This document shows, one piece after another, positions 1 to 9,446 of a stretch of 64,000 bases of DNA (position 1 is the stretch's first letter; the number at the start of each line of letters is the position of its first letter). The DNA is from a virus (lineage: Duplodnaviria > Caudoviricetes), in the IMG/VR virus record IMGVR_UViG_3300034175_000069. One strand, 5' to 3'. Position numbers and translations under genes: made by a program. The notes beneath the pieces were generated by a model. The model had not been told where the DNA came from, searched no databases, and saw only the letters and a list, made by a program, of their open reading frames with translations.

Positions 1-18
1 AAGGGGCGGGGGCTGCCC

Positions 19-342
19 GTGGGGGCCCGGGAGTCGAGGGCCCATGCGACGCAGGTCTGGGAGGCGGCACGGGCGGAGGTGGCGGCGAAGGCGGCCGTGC
101 TGGAGGTGGTGACCAGGGAGGCGGGAGCGGCGGCGCTCCAGGGGCAGATCGACCTGGTGCTGATCACGGCGGTGGCCGGGCACCTGGGGAGGTGCGAGCT
201 GTGCTGGCGGAAGTGGGTGGACGGGTACCGGCCGGGGGACCTGCTGACGGCGGTCATCCGGTCGGGACCGGCCGGGGACATCTTCAAGGCGGTCGAGCGG
301 GAGACGAGGGCCCAGGCCCGGAAGCAGGGGAGGTCGCCGTGA
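19..342 (+). CDS. hypothetical protein (start uncertain, possibly 5'-truncated)
   Basis: GC3-biased ORF; CxxC (CELC); no family recognised. Confidence 0.4.
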   Translation: MGARESRAHATQVWEAARAEVAAKAAVLEVVTREAGAAALQGQIDLVLITAVAGHLGRCELCWRKWVDGYRPGDLLTAVIRSGPAGDIFKAVERETRAQARKQGRSP

Positions 343-503
343 GCTGGAGGAGGCCGCTGCCGGGGAGGTGGTCGGGGGCCTGGAGGAGGGCTGGTGCGGC
401 GATCGAGATGCTCAGCCTCGCGCGCGTACATGCGCGCGGGCGCGTAGGCACGCGCAGACGGGCGACCCCCGCCGAAAGATCTTGAACTCGGTGAGCGTTT
501 CTA

Positions 504-539
504 GTTGAGTTTGTTGACACGTCAGCCGATACTCAGTGC
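504..539 (+). promoter_or_regulatory. Leaderless promoter: TTGAGT-17-GATACT-6-ATG with GTTGACA in the spacer
   Basis: GTTGAGT 504, GTTGACA 513-519, GATACT 528-533, ATG 540. Confidence 0.75.
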
Positions 540-1169
540 ATGACGCAGAACGAGGACTTCCAGCCCGTAACCAAGATCAGCATCATCAGCGCCGTGGTGG
601 CGCTGGCGTTCATCGCCCTGGTGCTGGCCATCTGGCCGACCAGCGGCGCGCAGACCGCAGCCGCTGCGCAGGCTCAGCCGACCCAGACCCTGGCCCAGAT
701 GACCGCAGAGCCGGTGGCCGAGCCGAGGGCCCAGGCGCAGATCGCCGCTCAGCCGTCCCAGCTGGCCGCTCCGGCCCTCGCAGCCCCTGCTGGGACCACG
801 GACATCCCCCAGGCGATCTCAGCCCGTCCTGCGGCGTCTGAGCCGGTTCAGCGCAACGGCGCTGGGACCTCGATCCCGACCACCGATGAGCTGCTGCCCG
901 CGACCAACCCCGTGCCGTTCGACGCCTGGGCCACCCCGGCCGACCAGGCCGAGGCGGCGCAGTACCGCGCCGAGCACCCGATCGCCTGCGCCGACTACGC
1001 GATGCTGACCGCCGAGGACGGCACCTGCGTGACCTCGGACTTCTACGCCGACCAGACGTTCCGCACCGACCCGGAGAGCAACCCCGCCGAGGTCATCCAG
1101 GAGGACGACCCCCGCTGGGACTGCGCCACGATGGGCAACCGGATCTGCGGGCCCCAGCCCCTCAACTGA
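540..1169 (+). CDS. Membrane-anchored or secreted hypothetical protein
   Basis: N-terminal hydrophobic helix (ISIISAVVALAFIALVLAIW), Ala/Pro/Gln linker, Cys-containing C-terminus (EDDPRWDCATMGNRICG). Confidence 0.75.
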   Translation: MTQNEDFQPVTKISIISAVVALAFIALVLAIWPTSGAQTAAAAQAQPTQTLAQMTAEPVAEPRAQAQIAAQPSQLAAPALAAPAGTTDIPQAISARPAASEPVQRNGAGTSIPTTDELLPATNPVPFDAWATPADQAEAAQYRAEHPIACADYAMLTAEDGTCVTSDFYADQTFRTDPESNPAEVIQEDDPRWDCATMGNRICGPQPLN

Positions 1170-1180
1170 TCAACCCGCTC

Positions 1181-1212
1181 AGAAGCCCGTCAGCATCAGC
1201 TGACGGGCTTCT
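1181..1212. terminator. Bidirectional terminator hairpin between convergent genes
   Basis: Perfect 14-bp inverted repeat AGAAGCCCGTCAGC-atca-GCTGACGGGCTTCT. Confidence 0.8.
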
Positions 1213-1236
1213 GGCATGTCCGGGCCCGGAACCCCC

Positions 1237-1413
1237 TCAGAGGCCGGGAGCGGGCGGCTCAGGCGGCGCGCTGGCCCCCTCATCACGTCCACGTGCCCAG
1301 CGCACACCGCGCCAGAAGCCGTGGGCCCAGGACAGGCTCCAGCCCGCGAACGCGGCCAGCATCACCGAGCCCGCCCACATCAAGATCCCGAAGCTGGACA
1401 GCAGCACGTCCAT
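1237..1413 (-). CDS. small membrane protein (58 aa)
   Basis: Hand translation MDVLLSSFGILMWAGSVMLAAFAGWSLSWAHGFW...; TGATG coupling to the upstream gene. Confidence 0.6.
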   Translation of the reverse strand: MDVLLSSFGILMWAGSVMLAAFAGWSLSWAHGFWRGVRWARGRDEGASAPPEPPAPGL

Positions 1414-1730
1414 CAGTCCCGCTCCCCCATGCGCCGTCTGCGCTCAGCCCTGGTCTCCCGGCCGGGCTGATAACCGGGGTTATCAGCAGGGTCTGGGACA
1501 GCATCACGAACGTGTGGGACAGCGTTCAGCCGGGCCTGGACAGGGATCTCAGCGGTCTTCGAGTCAGCCCCAGCTGCGTCAACCGCTGGGAGAACGTGCA
1601 GGTCAGGGCCGGTTGACACGGGCTGATCGGCGCTCGAACGCTCATCAGCTGAACGGCGTGCGAAGAAGCCGATCAGCACGCCCAGGCCGAGACATCCCCA
1701 GCAGATCAGGACCCAGGCGATCGTGTTCAC
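1413..1730 (-). CDS. small membrane protein
   Basis: GTG start; MNTIAWVLICWGCLGLGVLIGFFARR forms a transmembrane helix. Confidence 0.65.
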   Translation of the reverse strand: MNTIAWVLICWGCLGLGVLIGFFARRSADERSSADQPVSTGPDLHVLPAVDAAGADSKTAEIPVQARLNAVPHVRDAVPDPADNPGYQPGRETRAERRRRMGERD

Positions 1731-1897
1731 CGGCCGATGCTGTCCAGCTCGCGCCAGAGCTGGTCCATCGACTCGATGTCCGCCCTCGGCCGCCTGGAGC
1801 GGTTGAGCTTCACCAGGCGGTGCGTGAACCACAGCAGCGCGCCCACCACAGCCGCCCAGACGGCCGCCACGACCCCCACGATCAGCCCTACGCCCAC
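1727..1897 (-). CDS. small membrane protein (56 aa)
   Basis: Hand translation MGVGLIVGVVAAVWAAVVGALLWFTHRLVKLNR...; GTGA overlap. Confidence 0.6.
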   Translation of the reverse strand: MGVGLIVGVVAAVWAAVVGALLWFTHRLVKLNRSRRPRADIESMDQLWRELDSIGR

Positions 1898-2364
1898 GGG
1901 TTGCCCCAGTCCTCCGGATCGCTGGGAGCGCCAGGGTGGCCCTCACCCTCGCTCATCGGCATCAGCTCGGCCTCAACGATCTCGCCCTCGTCGTCATCGA
2001 GCAGACCGAGCGCATCAGCCATCGCGCCGGTCTGCTCAGCGCTGGACATCAGCGCCTGCGTCGGGCCCTTCAGGTCCTTCAGCCGCTTCCTGATCACCTC
2101 AGCGGGCGACAGCTGGGTGGTCAGGCCGTAGTCCTCGGCCTCCTGCGGCACCACCCTGAAGTGGACCTCCTTCGGCGGGGCCAGGCCGACCCTGTCCAGG
2201 ATGGCCGTGGCCGCCTGGACCCTGGCCACCTCGGACTTGCCGTTCTCAGCGATGTCAACCAGGGCAGATGCCGCCACCGGTGCGCCGCCCGCCAGCACCT
2301 TCCACGCGGTCTGGATGTGCTCGGGCCCGCCCTGGACAGCCGGGGACTTCGAGGGCTCAGCCAT
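1888..2364 (-). CDS. Terminase small subunit-like helical protein (tentative)
   Basis: Motif AASALVDIAENGKSEVARVQAATAILDRVG resembles the 'R..AA..ILDR.G' motif of many phage TerS-like proteins. Confidence 0.45.
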   Translation of the reverse strand: MAEPSKSPAVQGGPEHIQTAWKVLAGGAPVAASALVDIAENGKSEVARVQAATAILDRVGLAPPKEVHFRVVPQEAEDYGLTTQLSPAEVIRKRLKDLKGPTQALMSSAEQTGAMADALGLLDDDEGEIVEAELMPMSEGEGHPGAPSDPEDWGNPWA

Positions 2365-2430
2365 CGCTCATCAGCTCATCGCTCATCAGCTCATCAGCGC
2401 TCATCAGCTCATCAGCCGCGCTCATCGGCC
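2357..2430 (-). repeat. Short tandem repeat (CTGATGAGC/GATGAG); reads as micro-ORF MSAADELMSADELMSDELMSDG (2357-2425)
   Basis: Plus strand reads gctcatcagctcatcgctcatcagctcatcagcgctcatcagctcatcagcc. Confidence 0.8.
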
Positions 2431-2442
2431 CACCCTCATCAG

Positions 2443-2910
2443 TCACCAGCCCAGCACGCCCTGTGCCCAGCATCCCCCACCGCAGGCGCGGCAGCTCAAC
2501 TCCAGAGCAGGCCGCCCTCGCCGTGTGCGCCGCGTGGCCGGGCCGACAGCCACCTCCCGGCACCGGCACTTGCCCCACGCGATCTCGGCGTCCTGGGGCT
2601 TCCCAGCGGGCAGCATCCGCCAGGCCACGCCGGGGGCCGTGCCCACCAGCACCAGGCCCTGCCGCCCCTCCAGGCGGGCCAGCCCCGCCACCTTGGCCAT
2701 GCGCTGGAAGTGCGGGCCCTTGACCTCCAGCCAGGCGCGCGCCCCCGGCAGCTGGAAGTCCGGCAGGTACCAGCCGCCCCCTGGCAGCACCACGCGCCGG
2801 GGCTCGTAGGCCCAGGGGACCCCTGCCAGGTCCAGGCAGCGGGCCCAGCGGGCCTCCAGGGCGGAGCGGAGCAGGACCCCCCGGTGCAGGGTGGGGCGGG
2901 CGTCGTGCAC
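2443..2910 (-). CDS. PD-(D/E)XK nuclease-like protein
   Basis: RSALEARWA...WAYEP...YLPDF...WLEVKG motifs; GTG start at 2910 inferred. Confidence 0.8.
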   Translation of the reverse strand: MHDARPTLHRGVLLRSALEARWARCLDLAGVPWAYEPRRVVLPGGGWYLPDFQLPGARAWLEVKGPHFQRMAKVAGLARLEGRQGLVLVGTAPGVAWRMLPAGKPQDAEIAWGKCRCREVAVGPATRRTRRGRPALELSCRACGGGCWAQGVLGW

Positions 2911-3181
2911 GGAGGGGTGACGCCGGGCAGGGGTGGGTGCTCGCACGAATCCGAGTGTGCCTGTGCTCGTGTGCTCCGACTGGGACTCCCGAATCCGGCT
3001 ATGGTCAGTTGATCTTGATTTGGAATGGTTTGGATCTTGGTTTTTACTCGGCCACCCCCCTCCGCAGCGGGACCCCGAAAACATGATGATCTTGATCGCG
3101 TCCCCCTCCGCCATGTCAACCGCCAGGAATGCAGAGGGCCCCTCCTCCATCCCGGAGAAGGGGCCCTGACCAGCAGTTCTC

Positions 3182-3688
3182 TCAGCCCTTGTCCCAGGGG
3201 ATCACCCCCAGCGACGCCGTGAAGCACCCGGTGATCAGCGGCGCTCCACCCAGGAACGCTCCCGCCACCCCGACGGCGCAGGCACCCGCCGTCTTGCGGA
3301 CCGCCTTCGGCAGCAGCTTGAACTTCTTGCAGTTCACCTCGACCGACATGCCGCCGGTCCCGGCGACCACCAGCCAGCAGTGCAGCCGGTTCTTCACCAC
3401 CGTCACGTAGCCGTTGGACGGCACCCCGGATGCCACCGTCTGGATCTCCGGCGACCCGAGATCCGTCTCCCCGACGACGACCTGCTCCACGCCCTGCGAC
3501 TGCCCGCCCAGCTCTGCCGGGCTCGACCCCCAGAACCCCCGACTCAGGAAAGCCACCGCCAGGATCAGCACCAGCACGACCGCCAGCCGCCACCTCGATC
3601 CGCTGGCCCAGCCCTTCCTCCCCCGGCGATCGGGAGGGTCCTCGGGCTCCGGTCCCAGCTCCAGCACGTCCTGCTTCCGCTCCGCCAT
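3182..3688 (-). CDS. membrane protein, hypothetical
   Basis: TM helix WRLAVVLVLILAVAFL and a hydrophobic Gly/Ala-rich C-terminus. Confidence 0.7.
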   Translation of the reverse strand: MAERKQDVLELGPEPEDPPDRRGRKGWASGSRWRLAVVLVLILAVAFLSRGFWGSSPAELGGQSQGVEQVVVGETDLGSPEIQTVASGVPSNGYVTVVKNRLHCWLVVAGTGGMSVEVNCKKFKLLPKAVRKTAGACAVGVAGAFLGGAPLITGCFTASLGVIPWDKG

Positions 3689-3770
3689 CAGATCCCACCC
3701 ACCTGCCGCCCGCTCCCGTCGAACGGGATCCGGTCAGGTTGACAGCGCGTGCCGCTCTGGTCCACCACTC

Positions 3771-5802
3771 TCAGGACGGGGACGGCGACGGCGGATGCAG
3801 GTCACCCAGGATCAGCTCCTCGATCTTCTCGGCCAGGTCCACGTTCAGCGCGATCCCGGCCGAGATCCGGGACGTGCGGTAGACCCCGCAGCCCCGGCAG
3901 ACCATCCACAGGCTCCAGGCCTGGTCCATCGGGTACTGCTCGGACTCCTCCGGCCCCTGCCAGCCGACCTCGACCGGATGCCCCGCCCCGCTGACGCTCA
4001 CGACCGCAGGTGCCCCCGCGCCCTGGCCAGCTCCACGGACCTGACCCGCGCCTCCGCCATCCACGCCAGATCCGCCTCTCCGACCTCCATCCCGAGCGCG
4101 ATCAGCGGCCTCCCGGGAATCCCCGAGTCCACGAACACCTCGACATCCCGCCCCTTGCCGCTCAGCGGCTTCTTCACGGCTTCCTCCCCCTCGGTGGCGG
4201 TCCCGGGATCTTGTCCTGGACCTTCAGCGCGGGCGCGTTCCTGACCTTCCGCTGCCCGCCGCCGCTCCGCCGGGATCCGGGCAGCGCACCGATCAGCGCC
4301 AGCAGCAGCAACAGCGACACCGCGAGGCAGACGGCGCTCACCGCTGCCCCCGCAGCGCGCCGACCATCATCGCCACCACGACCTCCTTGGCCTGGACCTC
4401 CGTCCAGCCTTCCGCCATCAGGCCCTGGACCTGCCCCTTCATCACGTCCGAGAGCCCCGACAGGGTCTGCTTCAGCTGCTCGGCCATCGCCAGCAGTTCC
4501 ATCTCGTCCATCAGAACTCCTCCTCCCCCTCCTCGCCGGTCACGCACAGCCGTTCCCGCACCGACACGCAGCTGGCGATGCACCGGCCGTCCCCGGTGAA
4601 CGGGCAGAAGATCTGCTCCTCGCCAGCTCCGGTGTCAACCGCCTCCCCGCCGACCCGGCACTCCCGCGCCTTGCACTTGCCGATCAGGTAGCCGTGCCGA
4701 CACAGCTTCTTCGGCGGCCGGGGAACGGGGCGGCTCACCGGCCCATCACCCTGTCCCAGCGGGTCCGCCACAGCAGAGCGCGCTCCGCCGACAGCGGCCC
4801 ACCCAGGCCGCTGGGGCTGGAGCCGTAGTCGTAGCTGCCCTCGCAGACCCAGCACCCCATCTTCGGCGGGCTGGAGTTGCACACCGGGCAGTACTTCCAG
4901 GCCAGCCGGTAGCGCCCCACCCAGTACCGCAGCCAGCGCTTCATCTGCCCGACCTCCGATGCCGTTGCTGCTGCCGCTCCAGCACGTCCCGGACCACCCC
5001 GGGCTGCCAGGACCCCGGGTCCAGCAGCACCCCCGCCACCCTGCGCCCGAGCACGGCCAGCGCGTCCGGCGGTTCGGCGGGGCAGTCCAGCAGGTGCTGG
5101 GCCTGGCTGGCGTGCCCGCGCGGGCAGCTCTCCCAGCTGCTCACTCCGCGACCCCGTCCAGGGCGGCGCGGATCTCGGCCGCCACGACCGGGCCGTTGAG
5201 GGTCCAGTCCTCGTCGTCCCAGCGGTCGGCCAGCTCCCGCACCCGCCGCAGCGCCTCCGTGTCAGCAGCCCGTTGGGCGGCGATCACCTCGGACAGGTTG
5301 ACCAGGCTGGCGTGGATGCCCTGCTCCAGGTCGTCGCGGTCAGCCCGGTGGTAGAGACCGGCGACCCGGTCAGCCTCGGCCGCGAAGTCGATGGGGCCGT
5401 CGTCCTGCTGCGCCTCGGCCGGGGGCTCGGACGGCCGGGTGACAGGCTTCGGCTCCCCGCACGTCCGGCAGTAGTACGGGCGGTCGGTGCCGTTCCACCA
5501 GACGTGCTGGTGCCCGCTCTCCTCCGCGACGCTCACGAGGGGTCCACGTCCAGCACCTGGGCCAGCTCCACCGGCAGCTGCCCCTGGTACTTCTCCAGCA
5601 GCACCGCGATCCGGTACCGCAGCGACACCAGCTCCAGCGCCTGGGCCGCCACCAGCTCCGCAGCGACGTGCGCGATCACGTCCTCCCCGAGCCGCACCTG
5701 CCCGCAGCGGCACCCCGAGAACGGCCCGTCCTCCGAGCGCATCACGGGGTGGTGCGCCAGCAGCACCGGCCGCAGCGCCTCGATCTCGGCCCGGCTGCTC
5801 AC
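3771..5802 (-). other. Translationally coupled run of about 9 small hypothetical genes (3771-4001, two in about 4000-4340, 4338-4511, 4511-4738, 4735-4944, 4941-5144, 5141-5536, 5533-5802)
   Basis: GTGA/ATGA/TGATG overlaps and GC3 bias; several carry CxxC motifs (CRGC, CPVC/CWVC, CRTC). Confidence 0.65.
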
Positions 5803-6194
5803 TCGCCCACCCCCATCCGGTAGCCGTCGTCCAGGCCCTCGCGGTAGGTCCGCTTCTCCTGGCCCGTCCACGGCAGCGCCAGGCCGTCCCCCGGACGCCG
5901 GGGCACGACGTGCGCGTGCAGGTGCATCACGGTCTGGGTGGCCACCGAGCCCACACTGGTGATCAGGTTGTAGCCGTGCGCGCCCTGCCCGGCCGCGAAC
6001 GCCGCCGCCCGAGCCATCACCAGGCCGGTGGTCACCGGATCCTCCAGGGCGTCAGCCACGTGCCGTTTCGGGATCACCAGCGTGTGCCCCAGCGACACCG
6101 GGTTCAGCGGCACGATGGCCAGGGCGTCCCCCCAGTCGCAGAGCACGTCCGCCTCGGCCCGCCCCGCCGCGATCTCGCAGAACACGCAGCTCAT
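5799..6194 (-). CDS. HIT family (histidine triad) nucleotide hydrolase
   Basis: CVFC N-terminus, GHTLVIPKRH, and histidine triad HLHAH. Confidence 0.92.
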   Translation of the reverse strand: MSCVFCEIAAGRAEADVLCDWGDALAIVPLNPVSLGHTLVIPKRHVADALEDPVTTGLVMARAAAFAAGQGAHGYNLITSVGSVATQTVMHLHAHVVPRRPGDGLALPWTGQEKRTYREGLDDGYRMGVGE

Positions 6195-8257
6195 CGCGTG
6201 CTCACCCACGGGCCGACCTTCACAGTGCGCTCCATCAGCGTGATCTCCAGGTCTGCTGTCTGCTCGGTGCCACCCAGCCACTGGTCGGCGGCCTCCCGGT
6301 TGCGCTGGACCACCAGCTCCCCGACCTGCTGGGAGGGCACCCAGAACCAGATCGCGTACTCCACCCGCTCGTGCGGGAGGTTGTCCGGCCCGGTGGCCGT
6401 CCCCGCAGTGCTCACCGCGCCACCTCCCGATCGCGCTGGGCCTGCGCCTGGATCGCGGCGTCCTGGGCCCGGATCCGGCGTCCTGCCGCCCCGCCGTCGG
6501 TGCTCCGGTCCGCTGTCACCGCGCCCAGCAGCTGCCCCAGCGCCCGCAGCATCCGGTAGGCCACCCAGGCCAGCCAGACGATCAGCAGGTCCAGCCCGGT
6601 GACGGGTGTGTCCAGCAGCTCCCGCACGCCGCTCACCGGAACAGCTCCGGCAGCTCGGACATCAGGGCCCGCGCTGTCTGCCGGTACCGCTGCCGGGTCT
6701 CCTCCAGCTGGCTGCGCCAGCTGTGCGGCCCGCCGAACTCCCCGTGCAGCCAGTGCGCCAGCTTCTCCACCGGCACGGTGTCATCAGCCTCCAGCACCTC
6801 CGGGGCCTGACCCGTGTCAACCGTGCTCAGCTTCATCTCTCCCCCTCCATCCGCCTCGACCGGGTGCTCCCGGTCCATGTGCTCGAAGATCAGCTCCGAG
6901 GTGGGCGGCCCCCAGGGGACGCCGCAGGCCCGGGTGTTGCACTGCCAGCACCACCAGACCCCGGGCATCCCCACGTCCCCGGCCTGCGGGGTCAGACCGC
7001 CGGGACCCACTCCTCCAGCAGCTCCGCCAGCCAGCCGGGCATCTGGTCCACCGGCCGGTCTCCGGGTCCCCGGTGCCGGACCAGGTCCCCCAGGTAGCGG
7101 ATCGGCGTCTGGCCGCCCCCGGCGGTCCCGGTCCGCACGGCGTTGCCGTGCCGGTCGGCGAAGATGACCCAGGACAGCCGCCAGGCCCCCGTCCCCTCGG
7201 CACGCCACCACTGGGCGGTGACCTCCCTGACCGGCAGCCCGCCGGTCACCGTGCGGGGCAGCTCCCAGTTCCCCTCCGGCTCCAGCCGGATCTCCCGGGT
7301 GACCTGCTCCAGCACGAGGTGGCTCATGCCTTCCAGGGTCGCTCACGCGCTCTGCTGCCTCTCGCTGAGCACCGGCACGTCCCGGTTGAGCTGCCGGGCG
7401 CGCTGCCGCCGGATGGCCTCCTCGCGGAGGTCCGTCTTGTCCGTGGGGTCGATGACGGTGAAACCCGGGACCTTCGTGTAGTGCCGGTTGTCCAGCTCGA
7501 AGGTCCCCGGCTCGACGTAGTCGGTGCGGACCTTCGGGCACGACGTGCAGCGCAGCTTCACCACCCAGACCTCCCGGCCGACCGGTGAGAACCGGTTGAC
7601 AGGGCCCTGCTCCCAGCTGTGCCCGTAGGCCTTGCAGCGCAGGACGCCGTCGGAGAGGTCCGTGACCGACTGGACGTAGTACTTGCTCCGTGCGGTCCGG
7701 CTCATCCGGGCACGTCCATGCCCAGCGCCGCCCGCAGCTCGGCCACTCCGACCACGGGCACCTGGTCCGTGCTGACCTCCCGGACCAGTGCCTCGACCCG
7801 GGCCAGCTTGAACTCGGACTCCTCGGCGCGGTCGATGTGGCCGTCCCGCTGGTTGACAAGGTCCCGGACGCCGCGCAGGCCCAGCGGGTAGTCGATCCCG
7901 GCTGCGTGGAGGATCTGGTTCAGCGCCTCCTCCCGCTCCTCCCGCGCCTCGGCCATCGCACCGGCGATGTCGGCGATGTCCAGGGAGTGCCCCAGGGCCC
8001 GCTGCGTCTGCACCAGGTCCCGGGCGCGGTTCTCCTCGGCTGCGGTGGGCTCAGCCACCCGGGGCCTCCTCCACCTTGGCCGCGCAGGTCACGCAGGACC
8101 GTGCGATGACCGAGCCCCCGGGGCCGTCGGGCCCCTGGGGCTGGCCGCACAGGGCGGTGCCCTTCTGCTTCGGGTCCGGGATGTGCAGGCCGCCGTCCAG
8201 GCCCTGGACCCAGCGGGCCAGCTCGGCGGGCTCGGGGGCACGGTGCTTGCCGCCCAT
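6191..8257 (-). other. Coupled small hypothetical genes (6191-6415, 6412-6636, 6633-6836, about 6830-6990, 6992-7327, 7343-7705, 7702-8058, 8051-8257)
   Basis: Overlapping start/stop codons and GC3 bias; 7343-7705 has C..GH.W...CxxC and is probably Zn-binding. Confidence 0.65.
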
Positions 8258-8286
8258 CAGATGCTCGTGTCAGGTGTGTGCGTCAT
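8257..8286 (-). CDS. 9-aa leaderless leader peptide MTHTPDTSI
   Basis: ATG lies 6 nt after the -10 box CATAGT; its TGA overlaps the ATG of 8051-8257. Confidence 0.55.
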   Translation of the reverse strand: MTHTPDTSI

Positions 8287-8323
8287 GCCGTGACTATGGC
8301 AGATGCTGTCAACTGTGTCAACG
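8287..8323 (-). promoter_or_regulatory. Leaderless promoter with tandem GTTGACA
   Basis: Minus strand reads gTTGACAcagttgacagcatctgcCATAGTcacggcATG. Confidence 0.8.
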
Positions 8324-8333
8324 AGACATGCGA

Positions 8334-8370
8334 AAGGCCCGCTCCCCGGGGTCAGGGGGAAGCGGGCCTT
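8334..8370. terminator. Terminator-like hairpin
   Basis: AAGGCCCGCT...AGCGGGCCTT inverted repeat just downstream of gene 8392-8691. Confidence 0.7.
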
Positions 8371-8391
8371 CGGTGAGCGTAGATGCTCAGG

Positions 8392-8691
8392 TCAGGGCTG
8401 CGTGCGCAGCCACTCGGCGAATCCCTCGGTGTCGCCGTCCCAGCTGCCCAGGCCGAAGCTCAGGCTGGGCTTGTCACCGATCAGGCGGCCGGTCGGGGTG
8501 ATCACGACGAAGTCCCGGTCGGTGGCGATCATCTGGGCGGTGACCTCGGCGGCGGGAACCTCGCGCCGCTGGAACGGGCCGTTGAGGTAGGCCAGGGCCT
8601 CCTCGGTGGTGTTCGCCCCGGCGGCGATGGCGCGGGCCATCAGGTCGTCGTCGGTGGTCAGGTCGGCTGCGGTGTAGCTCGTCTGCGTCAT
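8392..8691 (-). CDS. hypothetical protein (MTQTSY...), leaderless
   Basis: Start at 8691 preceded by TTGACA-17-TTTACT-6 (8692-8727). Confidence 0.7.
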   Translation of the reverse strand: MTQTSYTAADLTTDDDLMARAIAAGANTTEEALAYLNGPFQRREVPAAEVTAQMIATDRDFVVITPTGRLIGDKPSLSFGLGSWDGDTEGFAEWLRTQP

Positions 8692-8750
8692 GGAGAAAGT
8701 AAAGCACCCCGTGTCAACAGTGTCAACACGGGGTGCTTCGGCGTGGCGTG

Positions 8751-9446
8751 TCAGCCCTCGATGGCCTCGACGGTCTCGCCCTCCAGGACCGGCAGCTCCA
8801 GCAGGCCGCTGGCCTGACCGGCCTCCAGGCCCAGGTGCGCGGCGTGCTGGGAGACCATCGCCTCGATGTCGGCGCGGGCCTTCTGCACGACGTTCTCGGT
8901 GTCCTCGCGCAGCACCTTGGAGGCGTAGCCGACGTTGGCCTCGGCGTTCTCCAGCGCGAAGTGCAGGTCGCGCAGCGCGTCGTTGCGCACCTTGGCCGGG
9001 GCCTTGTCCTTCAGCGCCTGCTCGTAGGTGGCCATCGCCTTCTTGGCCCGGCCGAACATCCGCTCGGCCGCGCCCTTGACCGCGTCCATCGACTTGGCCA
9101 GCCGGGGTGCGAAGGGCAGCTCGGGGAGCTGACCCTGGCCACGCACCCAGCGCAGCGTGGCCGGGACGCCGGAGGTGTTCATCGAGGACACGAAGCTGGC
9201 CCACTGGGCCTCGCTCAGCTCGACCTCGATCAGCTGCTTGCTGCCGCCGTGGATCCAGTCGTGGTTGTTCTCCCGCTTGCGGGTGGCTGCCTCGATCGTG
9301 ATCCGGATGGTGGTGCCGTGCTTGATGTCGGAGTCGAACAGCACCACGCCGGGGGTGCTGGTGACCCGGGCAGCCCGGATCATCCCGAAGGCTGGGTGCT
9401 CCTCCGCGCCGTACTGGTTGACAGTGGGCTCGACGGTCTCGCGCAT
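8751..9446 (-). CDS. phage hypothetical protein
   Basis: Clean GC3-biased ORF (HPAFGMI...SEAQWASFVSSMN); TGATG coupling to the upstream gene. Confidence 0.75.
   Translation of the reverse strand: MRETVEPTVNQYGAEEHPAFGMIRAARVTSTPGVVLFDSDIKHGTTIRITIEAATRKRENNHDWIHGGSKQLIEVELSEAQWASFVSSMNTSGVPATLRWVRGQGQLPELPFAPRLAKSMDAVKGAAERMFGRAKKAMATYEQALKDKAPAKVRNDALRDLHFALENAEANVGYASKVLREDTENVVQKARADIEAMVSQHAAHLGLEAGQASGLLELPVLEGETVEAIEG

Noticed and set aside
2366-2440. Hammerhead ribozyme from repeated CTGATGAG
   Set aside because: No downstream GAAA core or flanking helices.
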